A stretch of 64,000 nucleotides of DNA from Octopus sinensis (Eukaryota), in NCBI RefSeq assembly GCF_006345805.1, contig NW_021833288.1, positions 12,470-76,469 of the forward strand. The letters run 5' to 3'. This document shows, in pieces, positions 14,831-28,122 of the stretch. How positions within the stretch are numbered: position 1 is the first letter of the stretch; the number at the start of each line of letters is the position of its first letter. The notes under the pieces were generated by a model. The model was not told the origin of the DNA. It was given only the letters and a program-made list of their open reading frames with translations, and did not search any database. Both the position numbers and the translations under genes were made by a program.

Positions 14831-15533
14831 ATAGTCAAAAGTATAAGCTCAGGTGAAGACTTTTATCTCTTTTCTAAAAAACCAAATTTTATTCTAACAA
14901 GAAGGTTTGTCATTTAAAGAGTATTGAACACGGATACTTGAAAAAAATAATTGTGAATAAAATAAAAATAATTACATTAAAGATTTTGTAAGCTTTATTT
15001 TTGGAATACAAGGAAATATTTATGAGACACTAAATATGGTTAACATTAAATTTTTAACACAAAATTCATTTGGTGTTAATCTCATTTATTTTGCTATTAA
15101 TCCCATATTGTTTGATATTAATATCACTTAGTCTTCTATTGATTTCACTTAGTTTTCTGCTAGTCACACTTAGTTTGTTCCACTTAGTCTGATTTAATCC
15201 AATTTGGAATGGGAAATGGTATAGAATACACATTACATTAAAAATACATAACCAATAGAGTAACAATGCTAAGTATCGGATAACTCCAAATATTATGAGT
15301 CATACTATTAATTAGTATGACCAAAAATTTCTTAAAAATAGTCATGCTATTTGGATGGTCGTATTATTTAGAGTGTTCAATTTTCAATAATCTTACTAAA
15401 TTTTATTTGTTCAAGTTTGCCCAACGTTGTTTTTCTTCCATCACATTCGAACAACTTCTCTCACCAGTCGAAGAACACGCGCGTAGCTTTCGATTTCATT
15501 AGCGTCATTCGTAACCCAAATCGGTGCAGAGAC

Positions 15534-18500
15534 GGGAAAAGATTTTTGGTCATACTATTTGGATAGTCATACAGGTAATCTCCAAGTTTCGACCAAGTAT
15601 AAATCTTGACGTATAAGCAATAGATTTTAATTATTTTTTGATTTTTTATTAATTTAAGTTAATTTTAATGGGATTGTCTATTAGATTGTCTGGATTTTAT
15701 ATTTTTTTAAAAAATAAAAATTAAGCCGAAAAAACATATTTGTTAACTATTAGGAGCAGAAATTCTTGGAATATCTTCTCTTTATCAACTAACGAGGTCC
15801 GCCACGTGAATTCGTCCAAATAAGATTCAAATAACGATCGCGATGTTCCTAAAATAAATTTACGAGTTTTACCAAATTGCCTTTTTAGCTTTCTCTTCGC
15901 TCGCATCCATGTGTTCTCAATATTTTGAGTATGGATAGAGCGGTCCAAAGGGTGAACAAAATTTTCGGAGTGATTTATCACAGAACGTGAATAAATCCCT
16001 CCTCCAATGTGCGCAATCCCACTATAGGCTGCCCAACCATCAGTAATGGGTCCCGGGAAGTACGCGTCGAACGATAACTTCATTGAGTGTTTCCGCTGTT
16101 CTGTCTAAAGCAGGGGTCACCAAACTTTTTGCACTCGCGGGCCGGATTGACCCCAACACAATGAACGCGGGCCGGAGCACGTGCATAGGATTATAATTTT
16201 ACTAGAAATTCATAAGTCTGTTTTTTACAATAAAAACTAATTTAAACAAAAATAAAGTAAACAAAAATTTTAATGAGAGCTATGGAACTGTGATCTTTTT
16301 TTGATAAGTTCATCAATATTTGGTTTTAAATTGCTGCATCCTATCATGAGAATTGATTTTAAGTGTCCGTCAGTCAATCTTGCACGATGGGCAGACTTAA
16401 CATATTTCATCCTCGAAAACGTTTGCTCACATTGGTAAGTTGTGCCAATATAGAAATCATCTTTATCGCAAAATTCTTTAGTCTCGGAAACTCATCATCC
16501 TTGAGATATTCGTAGAACTCAGCGAGTTTGGTCCGTCTGTGACAATCTTTGAGCTGTTCATTTGATTGTAAGTCAATAACTTCTAATTGTAATTCATGTT
16601 GAACATTTTCAACATTACAAGAAAATGGATTTTCGAACAAAATTATATCGCTTTCAATTTTGTCAAGTTCAGAAAACTTATGTAAAAAATGATGTTTTAA
16701 TTCTTTGATAATTCCAATTTGGAAAGTAATGTCGATCTCATTACAGTTTGCCTCACAAAAACTTTTAAAACAAGAAAAGTGTGAAAACTGACGTACTCCA
16801 AGTTGTGACTCGAATAACATCAATTTTTGTCGAAATGCTTTAATTATCCTGTAGAAATCACAAATTAAGTTTTCCTTTCCTTGTAATTTCAGATTTAGCT
16901 CATTCATGTGAGTTGTAACATCAACCAAAAATGATAATTTTGATAGCCAAGCAAGATCTGATAATTCGGGATAATAGTTATTTTTACTGGTTAGAAAAAT
17001 ATCAATCTCACTTCGGAGTTTATAAAATCTATTTAATACATTACCACAGCTAAGCCATCTAACTGCAGTGTAATATGGTAAGTCAAAATATTCAGATCCA
17101 AAATCGTCAAGTAAAACTTTAAACTGACGGTGATTAAGTGAGCTCCCTCGAACAAAGTTTATTATGCGAATAACTGGATTCAACACACATGAAATATTAG
17201 AGCCTTCGCACATAGTGCGTGCTGATGAAGGATGCAATGAATGAACAAAGTGTTTGAAATATGTAATTCCTCCAATTTATTAGTTATTTGCCCAACTAGA
17301 CCCTTTTTAGAACCAGCCATATTCTTTGCCCCGTCAATCGTAACACAACTCAGTTTCTCCCATTCAAGGTTATAGTCACTTATAGTTTGTTCCAATTCAT
17401 CAAAAATATCTTTTCCAGTGGTTGTTCCATGAATAGAACAAACAGATGCCAGTTCTTCAGTTATGGAAATATTCTCATCAACTCCACGAATAAAAATAAG
17501 AAGTTGCGATGTTCCGAAATGTCAACTGACTCATCCAATGCAAGAGAATACCACAACATATTACTTGTCTTTTCACAAATTTGTAAATATATATTTTTTC
17601 CAAGCTCTTCAGTTCTCCGTGATACAGAACTCGCCGACAAACTTATTCCATCAAATAAGGAAGAATTTAGTGGGCACAAACAATTAACTGCTTCAATAAT
17701 GCAATTTTTGATATACATCCCATCACTAAAGGGTTTCCCGTGTTGTGAAATAATTTTCGTTATCTCGTATCCAGCTCTTGTTACATTTTCATTATTTTCA
17801 AAATTTTTTTTTAAGGCCTTGTTGAATTTGTAAAGTGCGTTTCAGTGATTCAACTTTATCCTCACGTAGCTTTCCAGTGTACTTGGAATATATCGGAGCA
17901 TGATTCGTTTCATAATGACGTCGAATGTTATACTCCTTCATAACAGAGAGATGTTCGTGGCATATTAACAATAAGCTTTCTGCTTTAATTCATCTTTCGC
18001 AAAAAAATACTTCAATTCCCATAATTTATTGAATACACGGCATTCGCGGTCAACCTTTCTTTTCATATTAGACATAGCAACAAAGAAAATTTAACGTTAA
18101 TGCTGATAAGTTTTTTTTCGAATTAAATCTTGCAAAATAGTTTTATTTAAGTTAATTTAATTAAGGTATTAATTGAATATCTCGAAATAGTGCGCGGCCC
18201 GGATAAAATGTTGTCGCGGGCCGGATCCGGCCCGCGGGCCGTAGTTTGGTGACGTCTGGTCTAAAGATAATGGAAAAAAGAACTGCACGTCTTCAAAAAA
18301 CAATTTCTCTTGTCCTCCCTGTCTATTCCTCCACCCAATACCCAATGGCCTGGTCGCCAATGACCTCGATGGTACTTTCTGTGAAAAAATTTGCACTCGT
18401 CGAATTCCACTATCGACTCTTCTAAAAATTCCAATCTGTAATCGTATTTTGCGAAATTTCTAGTTCGTACGAGATGAGATTTCCTGGGTAATTTAATGCC

Positions 18501-19025
18501 CACATATACGTAAGCATCAAAATTTTCGCTAACGGTAAATGACTTCCTAAAATTAGTTTAAGGATGACTTACTGGAAAAGCAGCTGTTCGTTCTTATACT
18601 TCGAGAAGTATTGCATTGAATACATATCTAAATTGCGTTGTCCACGTTTCTTTTTGCCTTAGATAAACGGCAGCGTCTCTATTTGTGAGAATATAGGTCT
18701 TACTTTACAGCGAACGCATTTCATTGTGCTAGAGATCAACCGCCTCTCTGCGCACCAAATTACACACTCTTCTATATTATCGCCGAAGAGCCTGTATAGA
18801 GACAATAACCGGTTATATTCCTGCATTATTTGCTCATTAGACTTGATTGCAGCCGCATCAACAATAGACAAACCCATTTAAAATTAGACAATCCCATTAA
18901 AATTAATTTAAATTAATAAAAAATAAAAAAATAATTAAAATCTATTGCTTATACGTCGAGATTTATACTTGGTCAAAACTTGGAGATTACCGTCATACAA
19001 TTAAATAGTATGACCAAAATTTCCC
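15534..19025 (-). mobile_element. Merlin (IS1595/ISXO2-like) transposon, interrupted by a hAT
   Basis: About 140-bp imperfect TIRs starting gggaaa..ttttggtcatactat (15534-15675 vs 18880-19025). Transposase pieces: 'VEFDECKF..RKYHRGH...WVLGG', 'LD|RTAETL', 'TDGWAAY', 'INHSENFVHP..HTQNIENTW'. No TSD found. Confidence 0.85.
16111..18258 (-). mobile_element. hAT (SPIN/GTF2IRD2-like) transposon, near full-length, frameshifted
   Basis: TIR cag..gtcaccaaact and a perfect 8-bp TSD gtctaaag (16103-16110, 18259-18266). Transposase ATG 18075 'MSNMKRKVDRECRVFNKLWELKYFF' to about 16270, with 'SLALDESVD', 'TIDGAKNM', 'LPYYTAVRWLS'. A 22-bp perfect subterminal palindrome lies at 18215-18236. Confidence 0.95.
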
Positions 19026-19069
19026 TGGAACCTCTAATACCATAATTATTGCAACTTTTTGGAACCATA

Positions 19070-21300
19070 ATTATTGCATAACAGCAGTGTAGGCTCCACA
19101 TATAGTCGTGGTAGAGCATACAACCGCATTTTATGGCTATGTGGTCCACAGATAAACACCTCACTTTACAATGAAGAGACCTTAGACCGATTCCAAAAAA
19201 GTTTTGATCTTGCAGATAAATAATCCCTTCGATCGAGAAGAGTTATTTCCATATCTTAGAACAAGTCATTGAAGACTTAACGTCAAGATGCAGATTGTCC
19301 AAAGCTTTGAAAAGGATTTAAAAAAGACTTTTAAGTTGATCTTTTTTTATCAAAAACTCATTTTATATTTTGATCAACCCCTTCACATCTATCACTTGTT
19401 CACTTGTGAAACCGTACTTACCAATAAATATGCCTTTATAGTTTCATGGTGACTAGCTCGTGCCTTTTCCTTATGCAAGATCGCGTACATCCCGTATGAT
19501 ATCTTCAAAAGAATACGCTCACATAAATTGGCCACTCTATAGAGTCCCCTTCCAAGCACTTTTTATTGAATGTCAGCACACAAACTTGGTTTTCCTTAGT
19601 ACTCTACGGATCATAAAATCCATATCATCGTACTCATGTAGCTCAAACTCCAAAATACCCACATAATAATTAAGCAATGAAATGGCATACTCATTTAATG
19701 CATGGAATAAATTCCTACCCTTTAAACTAGTTTTACATAACATCTGCTGCACGCCTCCGCACTCACTCTATTATTCGGATCTTTGTTACAGGGAGTATGA
19801 AGGATTTTCGGAATTTTGTGATTTAGAACTTTCGTGATCCTCTAAGACTTTGATCAAATCGCAACAAAATTGCGAATTAGTCACCGACTTGAAGAAATTT
19901 AGTTCGAATCCTATTTCCCCAAGAATTCGTTCACACGACTTCCCATGAAGTGTAGTTGCTTTAAGGAACGAGTGAACAACTTTATGTGATTTGTGTTAAA
20001 CACATGCACTTCATAAGTTATTGACAGTTGTTCTTGTCTGCTATTGAGAAGCCTCCTCAATGGTTCGAGACAGAGTACAAAGAGAAGCAGCGACATGCTA
20101 TCACTTTGTAGAATTCCCCTATCCAGTTTTTCCTCACCAATTGTATGTTTGTTATATTTAAGATAGCACTCCACAAACTCATCACAGCTTTAACAAAACT
20201 AATGAATCACCCAGGAAGACACAGCTTGTGAATCTAATCAATGAGGTATGCATGATTTACGTAATCAAATGCCTTCTTAACTCACATAAACATAAGTTAG
20301 CTTCCGTAAGCATTAGAAAGACATTTGTGGATCTCGTCAAACTCCTTGCGAATGTCAAAGAAACTGCAAAACTCGGTCATCAAGAGTCTGGTGGACTCCA
20401 CATAAAAGTTCACTCGTCTGACTTTCCACATACTTTCCCTAACATCTCTGAATCCAGCTGGGTACTCTCCTTCACCCATCATCGTGCAAACGACGATAAA
20501 ACATGGTTGTTCTTTCGGTTATGTTTATATCTAGCTTCATAAGTAAATAGTTTCTTCATGTAAACTTCAGCCTTTATCGTATCAATTTCATTCAGGTATT
20601 ACTTAGCGGCCCTGTGGCGTTAAAGTACGGTACGCACTAAGGGGGAGCCTTGCTTTTGACCCTGTTTCCCACATTCGATATGTGCCAAATCAGTCCTTCC
20701 AGTTTTACCTCTCGCAAAGCAATATTTGCAGCGATATTCGTAGGTAACTTGAGCCAAATACAATCTCCTCTAGAGACTCGGGCCGCTTACTCAACAAATA
20801 GTGAGCAATCGTCCCGTTGATACCAGTCAGCACTCCACTTCTGACCCTACACGCAGGTATCTTCCGGTCACTCTGCGCTCTGCCAAAAAAAGGCAAGTAA
20901 ATTCCAGGAAAAAACCTCTTACACATGTAGGAATAATGATAAATCAGAACTCTGGTGCTCGTACACTATACTGCGGAGAGGCCTCCCGTCACCGGTTGAC
21001 TGCTTCTCCTTCTCAAAACAATAGTTTTATGGAAGCCAACTTTTTGAAATCAGCAACGAACGGACTGCATTGAGAGCTCAGTCAAGTATGGCCAACCATT
21101 TCTGGACATTCTTCAAAACCTGCCAAACATATGGGAAATTGCCTGCTTTGTCAATGGCTGCTACTTCGTGCATTCAACACTCTCACAGATGGCGCGAATT
21201 GCCGTCCTGCCATCCGAGGTTTGGTCTTGTGACTCGCGTGGCCTGTCTCTTTCCTGAAATGATTAGTTTGAATGGGTGCATGCATGTATGTCAGACATAA
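19070..21300 (-). mobile_element. Decayed non-LTR retrotransposon, R4/Dong-like (RT plus zinc-knuckle remnant)
   Basis: 'RGILQSDSMSLLLFVLCLEPL...NTNHI-KLF' (RT) and 'VDHIAIKC...DY' (C-terminal knuckle), with many stops. Boundaries are approximate. Confidence 0.7.
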
Positions 21301-21658
21301 GGAAAATTTTTATAAATGATAAAAAAAACTCTACAAATTCTTTATGAAAAGACTCTAAATGGATGTTCTAACATACAGAATACATTCAGTTAATTACAAT
21401 CAAAAAACTTTGTAAAGGATGCTAGTTAAATCAGGTACGGGTTAAGTACTGTATAATATGTTTAATTTCTTCTGTCTTTTTTCAAGTGAGATACAAAAAA
21501 TCAACAAACTCTAAAGATTTTTTACAAATAAAAATTAAAGTTATTATTTAACTCCAAATAAAATTTGATTATTATTGCATATTAATAAAAGAATTCTTAA
21601 AAAATATTAATAACAAAGAAGCTCAAAATTATCAAAAAAGTAAATAAGATTAACGTGT

Positions 21659-22961
21659 CTACCACATGAATCTCTGAGAACTGCCGAAATCTTTACTGTA
21701 AAATGGAAAATACAAAAAAATAATAATTGTAACGAAATTAATAAAAACAAGAACAAAAACGTTTATATAAAGCAATATATTTCTATTCTCTGCAGCACGA
21801 AATTCTCTAGTCAAAAGTACAGCAGGAATAACAAAATAGCGTAATTCAAACAATTTATTAGGAACAAAACTCATGGCAGTACAAAAGAAAAATAAACACT
21901 TCCAAAAAAATGATTTATGAACAAGTGCCGAAGATACTAAATAAATAGCCATTAAATAAATTGGGGTATAAAGATACGGCTGAAATAAAAACAATTTGAA
22001 AAAATATCGCCATATGTAAAATAAATAGTGACGATGATCCGATATTAGATAAATATGTTCAAAAGTGAAAAATCGAATAACAAAAATGATTGAAATACTA
22101 ATTAAAATGCTTTTTAAAGAAAAAATCGAAAATGATGAGTAAGGAATGGAATATAGATTAAGACAAAACATATATGCCAGAAAGTAAAGCATTTGGGCTA
22201 AATGAAAAGTGGGTTGATGTGCAGAACGATCCCCAATTACAAGAGCTCCATTTATAAGGAAAAATAATACGGTAAGAGCCCCGGTAATTACAAATGGCCA
22301 ATCTCTCAACAGCAGCTTTCTTAACGTAAAACGGGAATTGCAATAAGGTAACAAATAGCAGTAAAAAACCCACACAATGTTAGACTGGCGAATAAAAACA
22401 CTAAAAACGGCCACAAAAAATATGGTTAAACTATATAAAACAGTTTTCTGAAATATAAATCATAATAAAATTACTTTGTATATTTCATGGATACGTAAAA
22501 AAAGTAGAAGGAGTACCGAAAGCATAGAAAGTTGATCCGTATAGTAGAGAAAGCTAAAGAAATAAATTGGAGGTATGAGCCATTGAGTCAGAGCAGAAAT
22601 CACAGAATTAGACTAGAATTATAAAGTTACACAAAACCGATTTGTCAAGCAAATAAATAAGAATAAGATTAATTATAGACACTACAGAGTTGAAAAGTCG
22701 TAATAATGAAACAGAACAGGGAAAACCAGTCAGTTTAGAAATAAAAGCGGGAATTATATACAGCCCTGGAGGAGTCGTTATATTTGGATCATACTTTAAA
22801 ATTTAAGGCAGAAAATATACATATGTGAAGTTTCCAGAGCAATAATATTGCGTCTGTTTTATGTGAAATATTTCATCCATATAACTATCTTTTTGTTTTG
22901 AACAAAACTGGTGCAAAATAATGACATTTAAAGCAGTCGTAACTAACAAGACCCAAATCAT
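21659..22961 (-). CDS. ALG10: ALG10/DIE2 dolichyl-glucose alpha-1,2-glucosyltransferase, copy 1
   Basis: 'YMDEIFHIKQTQYYC', 'YDPNITTPPGLY', 'RQSNIVW', 'HQPTFHLAQMLYF', 'ELRYFVIP', C-terminal 'QRFMW'. Confidence 0.95.
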
Positions 22962-23039
22962 ATTTTAATTGAAAAATTAACTTCATTTATTTTAATAAAA
23001 TAATATAGAAAGAGTTAGTGATTAAATTTGATTAAGTCA

Positions 23040-23700
23040 TTAATTCTCAACTCCTTTATTATTAATAAGCACACCGAAAATCAACGTTAGCGAAGTTATC
23101 TCGCTTTTACCACTCTCTCTTGGATATGTTTTGTTAACCGCTTCCAGTTCTTTGTTTTCTTAATAGTTCTTTTAGGAGTTCAAGGTCGTATGCTGATTTC
23201 AGCCTTTTTACAATCAAGGTTAGTTTAAGAGCATAGAAGAGTTAAGAGCGTAATCCGTGGTTTTCTCCTGAAGGTCGATCCAGGATGAGGAGCCTAGAGT
23301 TGTTCCATTCTTAAAATATGACAGAATAAGCCCATCTGCTACTTCTCATTTCTCCATCTAAGGGGTGTGTATTGTAGAGATATTTATTTGAGATGTGCTT
23401 TGGCCATAAAATTCTTAAAATGTATTCGAGCTATATTCTATGATAGGACTTCGGACTTTTCATTTAATGGAGTACCCAGGTAGAGGAGTTGTACAGTAGA
23501 ACCGAAAGCATAGAAAGTTGGTCAGAATATATTGTATATATTGTATAATTTACTGGTGTCGTAAAATCTATATCATCTGCGTATAAAACTTCTCTTTTAT
23601 TCATGAGGATAATTGATCCGTTACGAACTTTTCGAAAGATTGTCGGCAAATATACTATGAATAAAACCGGCGATAAAACGTCTCATTCGGGACGCCCTTG
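23040..23700 (-). mobile_element. Old RTE-like retrotransposon fragment (copy 1)
   Basis: 'LYADDIDF', 'SVLLYNSSTW', 'RILWPKHISNKYLY' are RT and C-terminal motifs like those of the RTE at 50-51 kb. Confidence 0.65.
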
Positions 23701-24199
23701 TTTGTTCTAAATAATTTAGATTTCTGCTTTCCCAACTGAATAAATAGTTGAGTGGAGAGAAGTAGATAAAGAATTATTCGAATTCAATCGTTTTCGAGTA
23801 GTGGTGCTAATATTTGTATTATCTTGACTATGTGCTTAAAAGATATTTTTAAATACTTATTTAACAAAAAATATTCAAAATATCTAAGTGGTGCGTGAGA
23901 TCAGTCAAAAAGCATTTTATTTAAATTTTGGATTATTCGAACGTTTATTTACTTTTTGACATTCTACTATTTTCCATGCTAAATGATAATAGTTTCAATA
24001 AATGGAACAATTTCAAATGATATTTCCAGCTAAATGGAACAATGTTAATAAATTGAAAATATTTTTTTTGTTTTAATTTTTACATAATTTAGATTAGATT
24101 AATTATTACTTATTTAAAATTTTCTTTTTTAGAACGGTACGTAAAAGCAGAACACAATTATAATGGTCTATTAAAAATCACGTATTTTTGATTTTTATA

Positions 24200-25133
24200 A
24201 CACAGATGGAGATTGGCAACGTTTAGTTATCAAAAAACCTTGCTGAAAAAAGAGCTAATTTATTAAGTGATGAACATAGTGGAACTTTATCAATAAGATA
24301 ATATTGTCTTCAATTTTTAAAAAGATTTATTGAAAAAAGCAAAAATTTAATCGTTCCTGATTTTTGTTGTAATTGTATTGTCATATACAAGGAAAAGTAC
24401 CGCCGGCATTAGCTTTTAAACTCATGAAATTTTAATAAATGATTTTTTTCCAGTCTCTGAAATTTATTAACGCTTTTCGATTAAGTTTGAAGCTATTATG
24501 AAATGGTATAGTTGCGAATGTTTTCCATTAGTGATCATTTTAAGGTTGTTTCAAGGGAATGAAGTTTGTTTAGTTTTATAAATTGTCTATTTTTTGTTTA
24601 GAAACAACAATTTCAGCGTACAAAACGTAAATTATGCCGACTGATATTTAATTCCCGCTACTTTTCAGTTTTTGTTATCTCAAAGGCATAATCTAGAAAA
24701 GATCAATGTGGAGTACTCTTCTCTAGTGGAGTACTTTCGAGCTAAACTCGCCCTTACGAAAAAACCCGTGCCTGTAAACCTTGAAAGACTTTAAAGCAAT
24801 CAGGCACTTCACTAAGAAGAATGTTTCTAGAATATTCTTAAAGAAAAAAGAATAGTGAATATTGAAGAAGTGAATCAGTTTAATGTCAAGTTACAATACT
24901 TAACAGGCATGTTTCAGCAGATTGCCCGAATTGTATCAAAACAAGAAGAACAAATCAATCGTTTGTGTCATGTGATTGACCGGAAATAGAATTGACAAGA
25001 ATTTAGAAGAGACGGAGAACTATGTAGAACAGGGATATTGGATGTTGAATAAGTATTTAAATTTTATCTCAAAAAGTCAGTAACTGTTCTTCAAGATTAT
25101 TTTATCCTATGTATATGTTTATTTCTGACTTAG
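24200..25133 (+). pseudogene. STX5: Syntaxin-5-like Qa-SNARE, probably disabled (copy 1)
   Basis: The SNARE motif 'LTGMFQQIARIVSKQEEQINR-IDKNLEE' aligns with STX5 'LGSIFQQLAHMVKEQEETIQRIDENV'. There is an in-frame TAA at 25081 where STX5 has Trp, and upstream stops. The 5' end is unresolved. Confidence 0.6.
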
Positions 25134-25478
25134 TGAAATAAACAAATTTAATATTAAATAATAATTTTTAATTTGTGAAGCTGTTAATGGATTATCGCAT
25201 CGCTTTGGAGTCATCAACGTGTAAAAATCTAATTATTCGATTTAGATTTAACGTTCTATTTGAAATAATGTTTCTAAAGTTATTTTGGTGAAGTTGGTCA
25301 TGGTTGCTTGGACATGTTCCTTTGACCGCTCCTATGAGTACCCATGAAGCTCAGTTCTCGGGCTACTTTTCCTATCTTAGCATTCCAATATATGTAAAGT
25401 AGATAGCTCGTGGATATTTCCCTAAGAGTTGTGGACAGTGAACTGTAAAAGCCATTCAGTTTCATTGGATTTTTAGAT

Positions 25479-26400
25479 CAGGGATGTTATACTCATTTCG
25501 CTTCGAAGGCCGCATTTTAAAATAATTTCCCTGTAAGGGCCGAATTTATAACAATTTTTCATTTTAATGAAAACTAAAAATAAAGAAATTTAAATATGTA
25601 ATCGAAATCTTTTAATCGTGCTTAGAGCTACTTCCAAATGATTGACATTTTTTTCCGATACAATTTTTGATATATCGGGCTCAATTATTCGTATAGTCCC
25701 GACTTCAACTAGAGCCGATAAATTTTCATCTGTGAGGCGTGTTCTACTAACAATTTTTGTTTCAATTTTTGTTTCATATACTAACAATTTCATATTTTGT
25801 TAATTTCATACAATTTTTGTTAATTTCATATAATTAAAAAAATTGGCGTCATGAAGATGCGTAAAGAAAGAAGGTTTTCTAACTTCATCTAATAATCCTA
25901 TGATCTATGATTGGAATTTTAATTCCTTTTTAAATTATATTCTTTGGTATAGCGATTAACTGGTTACATTTCAAACACTATTTTTGCATCAATTGTAGTA
26001 CAAAAATAAAGTTACCATTTTTATGAAACACTCTTTTCATTCTTCAATAGTTTTATTAGTCTAACATGAAAAAGATCCGAGGAATTAGCACTTAGAGGAC
26101 TTGAAAACAGGAACCACGTAAATTTCAACTCCAGTTTTGCTCTGGGAGATTTTTCTTAGCATCCTCAACGAATTCGTGTCAATACTCTGCCCATGCAGGT
26201 CCTCCAGCGGATTGCTGAGCTCCAGCCCGAATGCCAATTTGATGCCAAATCGTCTGGTTTTTTTTGAGTTTGTCAATTAAACAACCCCTTTTGTCTGTTT
26301 GATACCAGTCTCTCAATCCATATATCAGTAGAGGCTAAATTAATCTACTAAACATTACTGTTGCACATGAGGCTTGCGAGCCCCGTGTTTGACACCTTTG
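25479..26400 (-). mobile_element. Old non-autonomous hAT (copy 1)
   Basis: Degenerate TIRs cagggatgttatactc / caaaggtgtcaaacac, near-TSD ttttagat/ttttagac, and a transposase C-terminus 'RTRLTDENLSAL...IEPDISKI'. Confidence 0.75.
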
Positions 26401-26827
26401 TTTTAGACGCTTTTGGAGATGTAGATGAATATACATTTATAATTGTAGATTTAGATCCAACTTCCAGTTGAATTACACAAACTTTGTCATTTACTTTTCA
26501 TATTCTTTTGATATATTTCCTTAGTTTGATATCCACAGAAATGCTCATCCCGTAGAGATGGCAGTCCAATAAAAGCAGAATAAGGTCGTGGGCAGCATTT
26601 TTTTAGTTAAGTCCTTCTTTGACTTTGATCTGTTGGAGGAAAAAGATGTTCAGGTCTTGGAAAAGTGACCTCCTTTTCACCGAAATGTTGAAAAAGTTCA
26701 GCGTAAACAGAGAGTTTGAAAAAGTAAAAAAACATTTAAATCATAATATTTCTTTGATTAAAATCATATTTTTATTTATAATTTATAGATTAAACAAATT
26801 TTTAAATAAAATAATGTATTCACCGTT

Positions 26828-27857
26828 ATGTATTTGATTGGATCATTGTGGGAACTCATATACAAGGTCGCAAGCTATGCATTTTCTATTTTTAATCGAA
26901 CCTGGAGGTATTTAACATGGCCGTCGGTACTAGAATTATGCTCAAAACCTATGAGTGGACTCGTTTTATCTCAACTCGGTAAAATGAATCAATAAATAAT
27001 CGCTAGAAATACAGATCAGCAATAACAATTTATTTAATTTAATAAATTCTGAGGATTGTTCAGAACAAATTATTGAATCGGCAATTTCTGATTTCTGTTT
27101 ACAACTGCAGATTAATCATGTTCAGAATAAACGGTTTGTTTTATTGATATTTCAAATTAATAAAAATAGAGCCTTAAGTATGCTGGAATATTACATTAAA
27201 TTCATTTCCAGATATAATAAATTGTCAAATTTGATTTTGAAGAAGACCAAAAAATGTGTCAATTCCTTAGATGAATCAGATTACAAGATTTTATCAAAGG
27301 TGTAAACTGATATCAAAATTTTAGATATTTGTTATTTTAATTGGAAGGGATCCTGAAGGTCCGGACTCCTCTGATTGGGAAATGATAGGTTTCCAGGGTC
27401 GCAATCCAATGACCGACTTTAGAGGAATGGGCACACTTGGTTTAGAATGTTTCGAGTTTTATTTATTATTTTATAAAATAGTCATTTTGTTTCTTTTTAC
27501 GAGGACGATGCCAGGAAACTACTTTTCAACTCTCAAGATAATGTTATTGGGTATCAAATTAATTTTTAATGCTATTTAGACTTCCTTTGGCCATTTTCTT
27601 GATAAATGTAGTCAATTTGAATTATCAAATGTTTATTGATGGTACTTTCAAGGGGTATTATTTACCGAATATGGAAAAACTGGATATAAATTTATTTTAT
27701 GATACGTGCTGTGAGGTTTCATTATTCACTTTTAGGTATAATGTTCATGGAAGTATCCGAAGCATGGATAAACAGCAACCCTGAAAGTTTTATGGATTTT
27801 GTTCAATTTTTAACAAGTTTTTCTGATGCGAAAAAATCAGCTCTAGCCAAGATATAG
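26828..27857 (+). CDS. ELMOD: ELMO-domain protein (ELMOD1/2-like ARF-family GAP), copy 1, apparently intact
   Basis: 'DWEMIGFQGRNPMTDFRGMGTLGL', 'LPLAIFLINV', 'NPESFMDF'. An open reading is obtained after removing five short GT-AG introns. Confidence 0.9.
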
Positions 27858-28122
27858 TTTATTTAATAAGATTTGGTTTTAAATATTATTTTAAATTTCC
27901 AATATTTATTAGACTCATTTAGCTCAAAAATTCAATATTTAACACTTACCAATTAAATCTTTTTCTACTTGGTTTGGGTTCACATGATCAGTAAGTTTTC
28001 AAGAATATGCCAAATTTCCTGATAACTTTGATTAAAACGAATGCAGAAGAAATAAGTATTTTGACAATTTGTGTCTATATAAAGACTTCTTATTATAAAT
28101 TAACGTTTTTAGTTACTAATAA

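Noticed and set aside
15066-15266. ORF with 21-nt 'cacttagt' periodicity (coiled-coil-like)
   Set aside because: Only four short motifs between TE remnants, with no supportable gene structure.
26085-26276. Conserved 63-aa ORF in both duplicate copies
   Set aside because: It lies inside a non-autonomous hAT, and its conservation reflects only the recent duplication. Another frame looks like retroelement debris.
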